Assembly: GCA_030390025.1 (NCBI GenBank)
Contig: CM059432.1
Coordinates: forward strand, 122,576,001-122,640,000
Reading direction: 5' to 3'
DNA from: Squalus acanthias
Lineage: Eukaryota
Length of the DNA stretch: 64,000 nucleotides
Shown here: positions 13,020 to 25,109 of the stretch, piece by piece
Position numbering within the stretch: the stretch's first letter is position 1
How the letters are laid out: every line of letters starts with the position of its first letter
The notes under the pieces: generated by a model
The model's database searches: none
The model's input: the letters and a program-made list of their open reading frames with translations, nothing else
What the model was told of the DNA's origin: nothing
Program-made: the position numbers and the translations under genes

Positions 13020-13650
13020 ATTCGAACGTACAAAATCGAGAAACAAGATTGATGGGCCAATCTAGCCTGTGCATCCAGACATGCTTATATACATCAACAA
13101 CCATCCCCACCACAATGAAATCTCCTGGGAGAGGCAAAAAAGAAAAAAAAGAAAATCATCAGGGCAATTTAGGAAAAGTCTTTGGGAAATTCATCTCTGA
13201 CCCAAAGACAATCTAGCAAGCTCCAGGGGATTCAGTAATTCATGCATTAATCACTGTGAGCCCCACATAACCTCCTGTAAGATTAGATAGCTAGATAAGT
13301 ACACGAGGGAGAAAGGAATAGAAGGATATGTTGATAGGATGAGATGAAGGTGAGAGGAGGTTCATGTGGAGCATTAAACACCGGCATAGCCCTGTTGGGT
13401 GGCCTGTTTCTGTGCTGTAAATTCTACGTCACATAACTCACGATGTCTTCCACTCACAGGAACATGTCCAGCTCCCTTTTGGAAGCATGTAGTAAATCCA
13501 TATACATGTAGTCAATGATTTTCTGCAAAAAGTTAATTTAACCTAACACTGCTTTCTTATTTTTGTACTGATGACCCTTTGTCCTCCTCTCCACATCTAA
13601 CTCAAATAACATCCAAACAGAATATGTTGCCAACCTCATCATATCCCATG
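13020..13650 (-). mobile_element. Old CR1 3' fragment containing a short plus-strand CR1 tail (about 13285-13427)
   Basis: Reverse-complement similarity to 12600-12790; RRTKGHQYK motif; inner tail resembles 58700-58850. Confidence 0.55.
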
Positions 13651-13651
13651 A

Positions 13652-14052
13652 AGAATTCTCATCCTTGTTTTCAAATCTTTCCATGGCCTCGCCCCTTCCT
13701 ATTTCTGTAATCTCCTTCAGCCCCACATCCACCGCCTCCACCCAGAGATATCTGCGCTCCTCTAATTCTGCCCTCTTGAGCATCCCTGTTTATAATCGCT
13801 CAACCTTTGGTGGCCGCGCTTTCTGTTGCCTAGGCCCTAAGCTCTAGAATTCCCTCCATAAACCTCTCCGCCTCTTTCCTCCTTTAAGACGCTCCTTAAA
13901 ACCTACCTCTTTGACCAAGCATTTGGTCACCTGCCCTAATTCATCCTTATGTGGTTCGGTGTCAAATTTTTTGTCTTACAATACTCCTGCGCAGCGCCTT
14001 GGGACGTTTTACTATGTTAAAGGCGCTATATAAATACAAGTTGTTGTTGTTG
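13652..14052 (+). mobile_element. L2 LINE 3' end
   Basis: LRSSNSALLSIP...STFGGRAF and a (gtt)n tail. Confidence 0.85.
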
Positions 14053-14464
14053 AAGACTGCTTCTCTAGAGAAAAGAGCTCCAGTGCCAACTGTCAACCAT
14101 ACAAGCACTTCGAACAGAGAGCATCAGAAATGGAAGAGTGCAATAAGGCACATTCCACAAGTAATTTATACAATCTGCTCCAAAGTGGAAAACCATCTAC
14201 TGATTTAACCTGTAGTTTACATTTTTTGATTGTGATTTGGTTGTACACTTTGCTTAATTCACTTTTGTTCATGCTACCGAATGGAGGCATGGAAATTTTT
14301 TTTTTTTTTTTAAATCCTCCTTTGCACAAGCGTGGAATGAGCCAATTATATTTCAATTAAATGATTGTAAAATTCAATTTTTTTAGTTCAAAAAATTGAA
14401 CTGTCATGAGTAAACAGTAATGTGCATTGTACTAATTACTTTGTTAAGGGTACTCCATTAGGGT

Positions 14465-14730
14465 ACGGTAGCCATGGGGCTATGGTACTGAACCCAGAGG
14501 TTGTGAATTCAAATCCTACCATGGCAAGTTCTGAAACTGAACTCAAAAGAATCTGGTCATTTGTGGGCTGAATGCTGCTGGATTATTGTAAACACCCAAT
14601 GAACGCCATTAGTATTCTTCAGGAAGGGACCTGCCACTCCTACCCAGTCTGACCAATCCCACCATAAACAGTTGACTCTTAGGGCAACCAGAGATCGGCG
14701 ATAAATACTGCCATCTCAGTGTTCCCAAGA
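14465..14730 (+). mobile_element. tRNA-derived SINE with a Zenon-like LINE 3' tail
   Basis: B-box-like gaattcaaatcc; 3' end agggcaaccagagatcggcgataaatactg resembles the LINE tail at 611-645. Confidence 0.55.
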
Positions 14731-15839
14731 ACAGATAAACCAAAAAATAGAAAAACCCAACTGATCGATTATGCAGAAGTGCACTTCGGCAAAACTTAAT
14801 TTCATAAAATCCCACAGAAACCATGTACAAATGCCCATCGTGTTGTAACATCTACTCTGCTCTGCTGAGATTAGCTCATGAGATTATCTTCAATTCTGTT
14901 AGTGCTATGAACACCCTCACCAAAAGCCTGATTAGCTAATAATCAGGAATACAAAGCAACATATGGAGAGCTGCGAAACCTTACTTTGTCAAAATTCAGC
15001 CCAGCTCAAGACTATACTTTACAAACATTTCTGGACTTACCACATAGATGTGAGAATGGCAGTTGTAGCTCTGTACCTAATATGAGGAAAAACAAACAAA
15101 CACTCCCTGGATTAAGATTGTATTTTTGGCATTAGAATAAATGAGGAATCATAAGGAGATAAATTGTTTCCATGAATGTCCGGGGACTCCAGTCAACATG
15201 CACATGTTTAAAACAAGCGATAGGGGAAGTTGCATCTGAAGAACTGATAAAATATTCATTTGGACAGCTGCCAGTGCACATGTTCTCACTTTGTGATGAC
15301 TCAGCGATGCAAACTTCTGGGAAACTAGCCAGATTTGGGAAGTTGAAATAACAAAGTTAGGAATGAGGTAAAAGATTTGAATTTCACAGGCACCGTTAAA
15401 GGACATTTAAGGTTTTCACTTGATTTTTTTTGTATAATTTTACCATCTTCTCTGCCTCCCATTCCCTTAGACTCCAACTGAGAGAGACTAGAGCATCAAA
15501 GAATTCTTTATGATCTTTGCAAATGATTTGTATTGCCACCTGGTAGAAAGACACGATATACAACTCAATGCTGGTTACTCCTTCATCAGCTAGACTCCTC
15601 ACCTCTGCTCAAAGGTGTGCTCAATGACCAAGACAACATTACTAATTTGCTTTATTTTCTTTTGGGATAGGGAAAAACGCCAGATACAAATTTAAGAAGC
15701 CAGGAATTACAAAAGGCTGCAATAAATTTATTCTTACAGCTGGGACACCTTTGTATTCAAAACAAAAACTAGTTACTCTCCCATGGCGTTGCAGGCAGGT
15801 TGTCAAGACCAAATGCAATATTCAGGTCAAACAAGGTTA

Positions 15840-16350
15840 GAGGGTGGGAATAATTGGACCCAGGTAGGGGAGGAGGGAAGGAGGCAGATAGGAGGAAAGA
15901 TGGAGGGATGTCTGAGAGGGAAGCAGGCGGCGAGGGGCGAGAAGGGGATGTGGGAGGAAAAAGGACAGGGAAGAGGGTAGAGAAAAGGGATGAGGAGAGA
16001 AAAGGGGAGGGGAGAGGAGGAAAGGTGAAGGGAGAGGAGAGAGAGAAATTACCCGAGAGGGGAAAGGTGGCCCTAAGTTTCATGATGGGGTGTGGGGGAG
16101 TTGTGATGGCTGACATTATACGTCTCAACTGGGTGGGGTGTTGCACAATAGCTAATTGACCACCTGGGGAAAGGGTTGAGAAGGGTAGATGGATAGAGCG
16201 GAGGGGACAAGATGGAGGGAGACAGGAGGCGGAAGAGGGGGTGGAGGAGAGTGGTAGATGACAGGAGGAAGATGCGAATGGGGAGCAAAGGCAGAGAAGC
16301 TATGTTATCTGGAGGCCAGGGTTGGGGGGGGGGGGGGGGGGAGGGGGCGT
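15840..16350 (+). repeat. Purine-rich (GA/GGA) low-complexity region with G-runs
   Basis: Visible composition; long G run from about 16324. Confidence 0.85.
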
Positions 16351-17299
16351 CAGGGGATATGCAATTTCATATAAACTTCCCTTGTGAACATCCCTCAGGT
16401 TGGCAGGGGTGGGTTGCTTACCTTCCCTTCCAACCAACCCTCATTTTGCTCTCAGTAGGGGTGGGAGGGAGGTTCACTTGCCATCCCTCCCAACTATCCA
16501 CTTATCTTCGTCTAAGTAGAAGCTGAGTGTCTGGGGCAACTATCAGCAGGAGAATGAGAAAAGGGATCCATCGGGTTGAAGGACGAGAATAGCAAGCTGC
16601 AGGTAGGGTAAATAAGCACAATAGGTTTTTTAAGTTCATTTTTACTTCAATATTTGCCTCCTTTATAGTTTTGCGTGCTTCCCCATAGCAACATGGCTGC
16701 TGGTGGAGGGCACGAAGGCTAAAAAAGGTAAGGGTGCTTCACAGCAGTGCTCCGTATATACATACAGACTCAAGTAGATTTTTGCGTTAACTCTCTGTAT
16801 ACCAAGTAGCTGCTGTTGTTTTAGTAGCTAACTTTACCTGACATTTAACACAGAAAAACCCCAACACAATGTCAACTAAAGGTGTAACTATTACTGGGGA
16901 TAAATGTTGACAGTTTTTCCTAGGGTTTTTCCCCATTGACAGAGCCTGACATAGGACTTTTCAAAGCATTATGAAGTGGAACATTGCTACCCACTCAGTG
17001 ATTTTATTATGAAATAGATAAGTTTCGCAGTATAATGCATTATTGTTCTACAGCAATTTGTATAGAGACCGAGATTCATACTTCAATGTATTCAGGCTTT
17101 CCCCAGATACGGAGTTGTCCAACTGCGTACCACGAAGATGCATCTTATCCCCAATAGGATGTGGATTCCATATTTACATTAAATCTAACTATTTGAAAAT
17201 GGTCCTGCAGTGAGTGAAGACTTCTTCTGAACCATGCTTTGAATTTGGCAGAGGTTACTGCTACAATGAGGTAACCACACTGCCAACTGTGTGTCTCAA

Positions 17300-17625
17300 T
17301 GTACTGAAATCAAAATCCTGACCCTTGGCCCACCCTGCCTCTGCAACCTCCTCCAAACCCATATCCCAGCCCATGTCTTCTGGCCTCGGACTCTGGCCTC
17401 ATGTGCAATTCCTCTCCCTGCCATTTCAACACGGGTGGCAGAGCCGACAGCTGTATGTGTGCTCTCTGGATCATCCTTAAACCCCCTACTGTCTTGTTAC
17501 TTCCCTCCCCCTTTAAAAGCCTGAAAACCTATTTTGTCAGCTCTCCTAACTCTTGTACACTTCCCTTCTGGGAAGCACTTATGGGTATTCATTACATTAA
17601 AGTTGCTAAAGAAAAAATGTAAGAT
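17300..17625 (+). mobile_element. Highly degenerate L2 3' end
   Basis: ctgcaacctcctcca...ctctggcctc...ttacattaaagttgcta resembles the L2 tail. Confidence 0.55.
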
Positions 17626-19586
17626 GCTTTTAGAAAGAATTAAAAAGTAGTGTAAATACTGCAATACAGCCAGTTCCTAAGCACCAAGGATATAGAGATT
17701 ATCCCAGAAATAGAATCCTCCAACATCTGAAAATGTCACACATCACAGGACCCTCAGCTACAGGAGACCAGACTGTTTCCTTTCCCAGACCACATATGGA
17801 CAGATGTTTAGGATAATTATAAACTAAGCAGTCAGCCACGACCAACATTACCATCCTCTTTGTAATTATCCACATCCTACCTATGAATCCCACATCTTAA
17901 ACATCAAGGCTGGAAATTGTCCAACATTTCAACCTGAAACATAATCATTTACAATAACCCTTACAAGAAACATCGTATTTTGTTCTTGTTGCAGTGAAAT
18001 TCTCTTCGGTTTCATGTCCGGGACACGAAAGGTTATATTATCTTGGTCTCTCCTTTCCTTCTGGCTATTGCAGCAATTCAAAATGGAGGCTTGCAAAGTT
18101 CACCAGATTTACAACGATTTGGAGTGAAATCTGACCAATCAGCAAACCTGTTTCACATGTAAAAGTCAGGAGCCCTTCAGGCCCCTACTCCGTAAAGAGA
18201 GAAATTGAGCAAGTCATTTTACTCCTTCTATCAACTATAAAATAAATCAATCTATTTTGGCACTAAATCAGCCTGACAATATCTCCAGGAGAAAAAAGGC
18301 AAATACATTGTCCCCTTCTCATGAAGTAGAACTCTTCAAATTGTTGTTTATTCTAACAATAATGAAAATGCCAGAAGTATATGGTCCTTTTCTTTAGAAC
18401 CTTTACAGTAATCCACTGTGGAACAAAAACTAGTCAAAACAGACAGCTAAGAGCTGTGAAGCAGCTTAAATGTTGAACTGTCCACTCCAAATGAACCCAG
18501 CCAGTTCCTCTGTTACTTGGTATAAGATGTAAACATTTATGGAGCAAAGTTCCTCTTAACAAAAAACAGGAAAATGCCTTGTTTTTCTGTCATTAATGGC
18601 CCTCAGGAGTCAAGCAGTAAGGTGAAGGGCTACAAGGGGGGAGGGGAGCTCCAGAGAGTAAGGCTGAGGCAGCAGAAGACTCTGCCACTGGTGATGAGGG
18701 GGTGGGGCCAGAATCAGAGCACTGAACAGTACAAGCTGGGACAGATGGCAGAAGTTAATTGCAGAGACAGGGTGTGGCAAGGGATTTGTAAACAAAAATT
18801 CAATGGATTGGAAAACACCATTTCAGCATGGTTCTCTGTAATTAAATCAAATTTTCAGAACTCGCAGGTGTTCCCGCTATTTTGTTAACGGGCCATTAAA
18901 GAGAGAGAAAAACATGCATTTTTCCAGTTTTTGTTTTGAAGAGGAATTTCACGTTCCATGTTTAAAAGAAAATCACAGGCTCACTTATGTGGCAAACGTG
19001 CCAAATGGGCATGGTTATGATTAGCAGTTTAAATGGGCACTCCAAAACATGAACACAAAACATAAATGGATACTTTTGATTTGGAATTTTCTTTGGTGTA
19101 AATCATTCACAAAAGTATGTCACGTTGACTTGCAGATGATTTGGAAAAAGTGGTTGCTACAGGGACAAACAATGCAAGTCCTAGCATTACTATACGTACC
19201 TGCAGACAAGACTGTAGATTCATGTCTGTGTCAGAGGCTAAAAGTTTTAGACACGCGTCACATCCATTTTTTGCCTCCTGGAGCAGCATTTTCCCCAAGG
19301 ATAGAGGACTAGACAGCACCAAACAAGTGCATTCCGAACTGCTGCCAGCTCTGGTCTGCTCTTCCTGTGCGGTGACATTTGCAGGGCACATTTCCCTCCT
19401 TACATCATCAGGGTAGATGCAGGGAGAAGTGATTTTAAAAACAGTTGAAAGAAATGCGCTGGGTCAAACAAGAACGAACTGAGAGAAAATGTATCGTGGA
19501 TACCAGCTAACACGTATTTTTCTGCTGTGCAACATCACAGATTTTTGTGGGGATCTTATACGAGAATATAAAGGATCATTTGTACA

Positions 19587-19592
19587 TTTATT
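19587..19592 (-). terminator. Candidate polyadenylation signal AATAAA
   Basis: Minus strand ggAATAAAtgtacaaatgatcc, about 3.5 kb downstream of the SOCS6 stop. Confidence 0.4.
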
Positions 19593-20065
19593 CCAAACAT
19601 GTATTTCAGATATAGGGGGAATGCCATTAAAAAATGGTAGGATACAATCCCTTTTTAAATAAAGATTCTTTCCTTCCCCTCCTTAAATGAAAGTCATTTT
19701 CCTTTGCAACATGGCTCAATTTACTTATATTGGAGCAAAACAGACCTTCCAGTAATTGCAGATTCCATGCCAAGTAGGGTTGAGAGGCAGTCTGACAAAG
19801 AAACACTTCTCAGATACTGAGTTATTGCTGTGAGGTGGTCACATCAAATCCCTCCCTTAGGCCTCTCCAGCATGTCTGCTCTACTGCAGCATTAGACACC
19901 AGAACATCAATCTCTTTGTAAAATTAAACCATGACTGATGACCCCGTAGCTCAGGTCAGCATCATGATTTTGCTTCATGTGGCCATGGAGCAGTAGCACT
20001 GCTCTGTGAACAAACAAATCCAATAGGGCATCTATCAAATTTGCCACTGCACCAGACAATGGGAA

Positions 20066-20815
20066 ATAACAGAAGAAATAGGAGCAGGAGTAGGCCATTC
20101 GGCCTCTCAAGCCTGCTCCGCCATTCAATAAGATCGTGGTTGATCTTCTACCTCATCTCCTTTCCTGCCCTATCCCCATATCCCTCGATTCCCTTAATAT
20201 CCAAAAATCTATCGATCTTTGTCTTGAATATACTCAACAACTGAGCCTCCACAGGCCTCTGGGGTAGAGAATTCCAAAGATTCACCATCCTTTGAGTGAA
20301 GAAATTTCTCCTCATCTCAGTCCTAAATGGTCGATCCCTTATTCTGAGACTGTGACCCCTGATTCTAGCCTCCCCAGCCAGGGAAAACATCCTCCCTGCA
20401 TCTACCCTGTCAAGCCCTGTAAGGATTTTGTATGTTTCAATGAGATCAGAGGGTGGTTGGAATCTGGAACTCACTGCCTGAAAGGGTGGTAGAGGCAGGA
20501 ACCCTCACAACATTCAAGAAGCATTTAGATGAGCACTTGAAACGCCATAGCATACAAGGCTACGGACCAAGTGCTGGAAAATGGGATTAGAATAGACAGG
20601 GCTTGATGGCCGGCGTGGACACGATGGGCCAAAGGGCCTTTTTCTGTGCTGTATAACTCTATGACTATCACACCTCATTCTTCTAAACTAGAGAATATAG
20701 GCCTAGTCTACTCAATCTCTTCTCATGGAACAACCCCCCCATCCCAGGAATCAGTCTGGTGAACCTTCATTGCAAGTATATCCTTCCTTAGGTAAGAAGA
20801 CCAAAACTGTACACA
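20066..20815 (-). mobile_element. CR1 3' fragment containing an opposite-strand CR1 tail (20449-20666)
   Basis: DLIETYKILTGLDRVDA...RRNFFTQRMVNLWNSLP; the inner copy ends ctctatgact and is flanked by atca at 20445-20448 and 20667-20670. Confidence 0.85.
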
Positions 20816-23135
20816 AAGCTTGAGAGGCAGGTCAAATTGAAGGTTTTCTACCTTAAAATTGCAAATAGCAGGTATAAAACATTTTAAAGTAATTAACAAT
20901 CAATTTAAAGCTGTATGTCATTAAGCACTAAAGATTTTGTACAGTAAACCCTGTAACAGAGTTTATGGGAGTCATACTCTCTTGTGTCTCCCAACCAAAA
21001 ACCAGGTTGTAGCTTACACAACTTCACTAGCAGCGAGAGTGCTAATGTGTATGTCAGAGGCCATTGCATATAAAGCTGTTAATCAGAAAATAAAGCCTGC
21101 ATGAAATTCTCAGTATAGAAGATTTGTTCAAATGAAGAATCTTCAAAAGAAATTGTAGAGGGTAAAATCACTATCTTTCAAGAAGTCTGCTTCAAGCTTG
21201 TGGTTTCAGATTTACTGGTGCCTGAATATGGCAAAGAGTCAAAGTTTATCATTCATGTGACTCTCACGTGCAAGACCAAATAGGAACAATGTGTTGTGTA
21301 CCGCTATGAATGACAATGCACACTAATAACTGGCATATTACAAATGATTTTATAGCAACAGTTTTGCCTGTACACTACAGAAATGTTCTATATGGCAACA
21401 CAGGAAAACGTGAAACTGAACACAACCTAAAAGTGCACAAAGTACTTCAACAGAAGGAGGAGAAGAAAGGAAAGAAATTATTGCTAAATTTAAGTCAGTT
21501 GGTCTATTGAAATACAAATGAACTACAGTAATAATATGCCAACTGATAAAAATCACAAAAAAACATCCAATTTATCTCACTGGCATGATTAATCAATCTT
21601 TACCTGACGGTTACAGGGATACATTATGAGTAATTGTTCAACGTCCTCAATCATGATTTCCAAATTACAATTCATATGACTCAATTGAAAACAAATGAAT
21701 CCATAAAATGTATTACCTCAGAAATTAATGCTGATGGCCCACAACCTTTTTTTTTGAAAAAAACAATTTGAAATACGTAAATAAAGCTCATTAGTTCCCT
21801 TTAAAACCAGGGAGAATACTCTTCAATATTTACTGTATTCAATGTGGTCTCCCACTGGATTTTAATCCAATGCTCAGAATACTGGCATGATGGCCCTTTA
21901 CAAAATTGGTCCATGGGCGGACAAGCACAAACTGGCACAAGAACCTTATGTGCAAACCAGACGTGTGAAAATAAATCTACGTTGTGCTCTACTATAAAAA
22001 GGCATTTGGAGACAATCTTTCAAATCAAACTCAAAATGCTAACAAAAGTAAAATACAAAAAAAGGACAGAAGATGGCAAATTCTATCTTTTTAAAAAACA
22101 CAGCAGAATTTTAAGGAAAAATCAATTCCAATCAATAAAAAGGCAGAATTTTTGGACTCGTGCACAGGTCTGTTTGAGAAAGGTTTGTCAGAAATAGAAA
22201 TACAGTAATTTGTATGCAGGAGAAGTGGCACAAGGTGTGACATTTCAGGCTGTCAGCTGCTGATTATACCAGCACACTTAGCCAAGTAAACAGCAAATTG
22301 TACATGGATCTGTGCGCCTTGTATACCATCTGCTGCACCGAACACATTGTCTTGTTTGTTTTCCTCCATTAAGCATTAAACAAATCATAGCTTGATTTTA
22401 AAGCAGATAAATTGCCCAGGTGTTATCTCAATTGGTACACATTGCCACTGGGAGGTCACTTGCTTTTGAGCAGAGCCAACCTACACAGAAGCACCGTCTC
22501 CAACATGGCATTATCTAGGGACTAGGTCTTTTAAATGGAATATGTACAGAAAATGTCAACATTAATAGATGACAGAACTACGCTGGCCCACGAGATAACT
22601 GTATTAATTCAATTTTGATATATAAGTGTACAGCTAAATAATTTTTGGCCAAACCGTCATCAGCATTGACATCACTGCCAATCCTTGGGAGTCTAATGAA
22701 TGAGAATATCTGAAATTCAAAATGGTTGTTCTAATAAGGCCATCATAGCATTTGGCTATCTGGCTCATGGGCGTTTATTACACTAGTTGTGATGTAGTTC
22801 CAGCTGGACAGTGTAAAGTTTACAAAGAGTGGGCTTAGACTGGACCCAGCACTCTTTCATAGGTGACTGAGAAAATAGTGTTATACCTCAACATGAAAAA
22901 TGGGATGACTTTATTTGGCAAAGAGACTGTGCTCAACATCTGCTGGACGCATGGTGGGGTGGAGTGGGGAGGGGAAGATAAGAGAAAGAGAACAGAGGCC
23001 TGTGATTACAAAATGAAGGAGCACCTTCAACTAAACGAGGTTTTTTTTAAGCTAATTTTCGATAAATTATATTTAAAAAAAATATTCCAATGCATTCCAG
23101 TTCCAAAAGTGCAATCTGCAAGACTTCAAAACTTT

Positions 23136-24749
23136 TCAGTAGTGCTTCTCCTGCAAATAATCCTTCATTTTGTTTGGCAGAGGCAGTTTTTGAATTAAGT
23201 CTATTCGAGTGTATTGACGAATAACAAAACGGCACAGATACTGTAGTGAACGCACTTGCATGAACCGGGAGACTGGGTTTGTTAGTCTTACAGGATAAGT
23301 TGCAGAGCCAGGCAGGCGAGACCGAGAATAGCAAAACGCTCCATTTTCAGAGTCCTTAATTGAATGCTCAATCAGCTCTACGATAGACGTGTGCCCCTCC
23401 ACATCAGGCTGTTCATAAAAGCTAAACCTGCCATTCGAGTGTTCTATTCTAGTGTGAAGAGTTTTGCCTTGTGAACGAAAACTCAGGCTTAAAAGATAAC
23501 GGTCATCAGAACTATCGCGCACAAGAAAAGAACCATCAGGCACATTGGCAAGCTTCTCCTCTGCCTCCCACCGTGTTATGGGGCCCCAGTACCATCCTTG
23601 CTTTGCAAGTTTTTTCAGCTCTTCGGTGAGACTTGTGACCACCATTGGACCATTATTTTGTACGGAGTCATAAACTCTTCCTACTCCAGGAGCCGAATTT
23701 GGATCAAAGTTCAAATGATGACGAACTCTTTCTGCTACATGGGCCGCTGTGCCACCAAACCCAGGAAATGTCAACTGCATTTGATTTGGAACTGGAGGTA
23801 GGAGTGGAGATAGTGGAGGGAGATCAACATGGTTAGAACAGGAGTTCTGCAAGATGACACCTGTGGTACCAACAAATAGACCATTTACAGGTGGGTCCAA
23901 GAAGATATCAGAAGCAACCACCAAATCTGGGACCATATGGCCTTCATCTGCCTGTAGGGCACTACTACATACATGGGATGGCACTGATGCAACTTCCATT
24001 GGCAATGGATTGTCAAGACAATAGGTACGGGACCCTTCCATAGGATACATTCCCTCATCTAAAGGCATTGTGTACTGAATGTAGTTCTGAGGCATTAATC
24101 CAATAACCACAGGGGCATGACAAGATTCATCAAGATTCAGATGAGCGTTGCCATTTTGGGACTCAATTTCTTTGATTGTGTTGTTCTGGTCCTGAAACAC
24201 ATGGTCTGTCTGCATATCGTGGAACTCCTTACGAACTCCATTTAACGCCTGGGTTGGACTATTATTGTGGACTAATGCCTTGACCTTAACCTCCATCTTA
24301 ATGCAGGTCTCTTCCGAGCTGGCTGATCGCAAAGGCCAAGGCGTAGGACTGTAATGGTGGCCACGAAGTGACGTGGACCTTAAGGGTCTTTGAGCTTTTA
24401 AATCATTAATGCTTGTTGGGGTTGAAGAGGAGGAAAATCGATCGTCCTCCACTGAGTTGACCGAAGGTGAACTCCCTTTAGCCTTTTGTTTCTGCTTTGC
24501 AGAAAGTCTCCTTTTCAGCGTACCCATCAAACCTTCACCCTTTGCCTTATTTTTTGGTCCTTTGTCATCCTCGTCTGCTTTGTTTAGATCATTACCAGCT
24601 AAATCTTTCCCGTAACAACTGAAGAGTGTGTCCTCCTTCCCAAAATCGGTGACAAGTGATGGCTGTTGTACCACCACAAATTCATTTTCGTCTTTGCCTT
24701 TGTTCAAGTTGAAGGATTTTTTGATCGTTTTAAGACTGATTTTCTTCAT
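23136..24749 (-). CDS. SOCS6: Suppressor of cytokine signaling 6, single coding exon, 537 aa
   Basis: ORF from ATG at 24749 (MKKISLKTIKKSFNLNK...) resembles the vertebrate SOCS6 N-terminus; SH2 domain (GWYWGPITRWEAEEKLANVPDGSFLVRDSSDDRYLLSLSF) and C-terminal SOCS box (VRSLQYLCRFVIRQYTRIDLIQKLPLPNKMKDYLQEKHY*). The ORF-track start at 24779 is a non-ATG extension. Confidence 0.97.
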   Translation of the reverse strand: MKKISLKTIKKSFNLNKGKDENEFVVVQQPSLVTDFGKEDTLFSCYGKDLAGNDLNKADEDDKGPKNKAKGEGLMGTLKRRLSAKQKQKAKGSSPSVNSVEDDRFSSSSTPTSINDLKAQRPLRSTSLRGHHYSPTPWPLRSASSEETCIKMEVKVKALVHNNSPTQALNGVRKEFHDMQTDHVFQDQNNTIKEIESQNGNAHLNLDESCHAPVVIGLMPQNYIQYTMPLDEGMYPMEGSRTYCLDNPLPMEVASVPSHVCSSALQADEGHMVPDLVVASDIFLDPPVNGLFVGTTGVILQNSCSNHVDLPPLSPLLPPVPNQMQLTFPGFGGTAAHVAERVRHHLNFDPNSAPGVGRVYDSVQNNGPMVVTSLTEELKKLAKQGWYWGPITRWEAEEKLANVPDGSFLVRDSSDDRYLLSLSFRSQGKTLHTRIEHSNGRFSFYEQPDVEGHTSIVELIEHSIKDSENGAFCYSRSRLPGSATYPVRLTNPVSRFMQVRSLQYLCRFVIRQYTRIDLIQKLPLPNKMKDYLQEKHY

Positions 24750-24868
24750 CCTGGAAAAGGCATGCAAGTCCTTTCGCACAGTAATGGCTCCGATGATGCT
24801 CTTTGGACCAACCTAGCCAATGTGCTTTACTTGGTCTAAAACACAGCTAAACACCAAGATGTCCATCT

Positions 24869-24900
24869 CCTGCAAAGGTACACAAAATAGTATTACATTT
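24869..24900 (-). other. SOCS6: Splice acceptor of the SOCS6 coding exon (exon starts at 24869)
   Basis: Minus strand reads tattttgtgtacctttgcAG|gagatgg, giving 120 nt of 5' UTR before the ATG; fits a non-coding first exon plus one coding exon. Confidence 0.75.
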
Positions 24901-25109
24901 CAACATTTAAATACATATATTTTAGGATACAAAGAACAAGTTATGTACATTCCAAAGTTTTAAGTCTATTCCTAATATTGAAATGCAGCAGTGTGCAAGG
25001 TTAACCTAAATCTCTTCTGATAGATGTAAAACACTTAGAATTTACAAAACAAAGTTCTGAATAATGTGTTAAAAACGGCTTCAATTTCCCCCTATGATAT
25101 CTGAAAAAA

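Larger units (their letters stand above)
19570..23135 (-). other. SOCS6: Putative SOCS6 3' UTR
   Basis: AT-rich, mostly repeat-free sequence after the stop codon, with several miRNA seed and PUM motifs; candidate AATAAA at 19587-19592 (minus). The 3' end is inferred; another AATAAA lies near 22775. Confidence 0.5.

Noticed and set aside
15769..16526. G/E/R-rich and P/S-rich ORFs
   Set aside because: Artefacts of a purine-rich low-complexity tract.
24750..24779. 10-aa N-terminal extension of SOCS6 in the ORF track
   Set aside because: Starts at a non-ATG codon; similarity to SOCS6 begins at MKKISLK.
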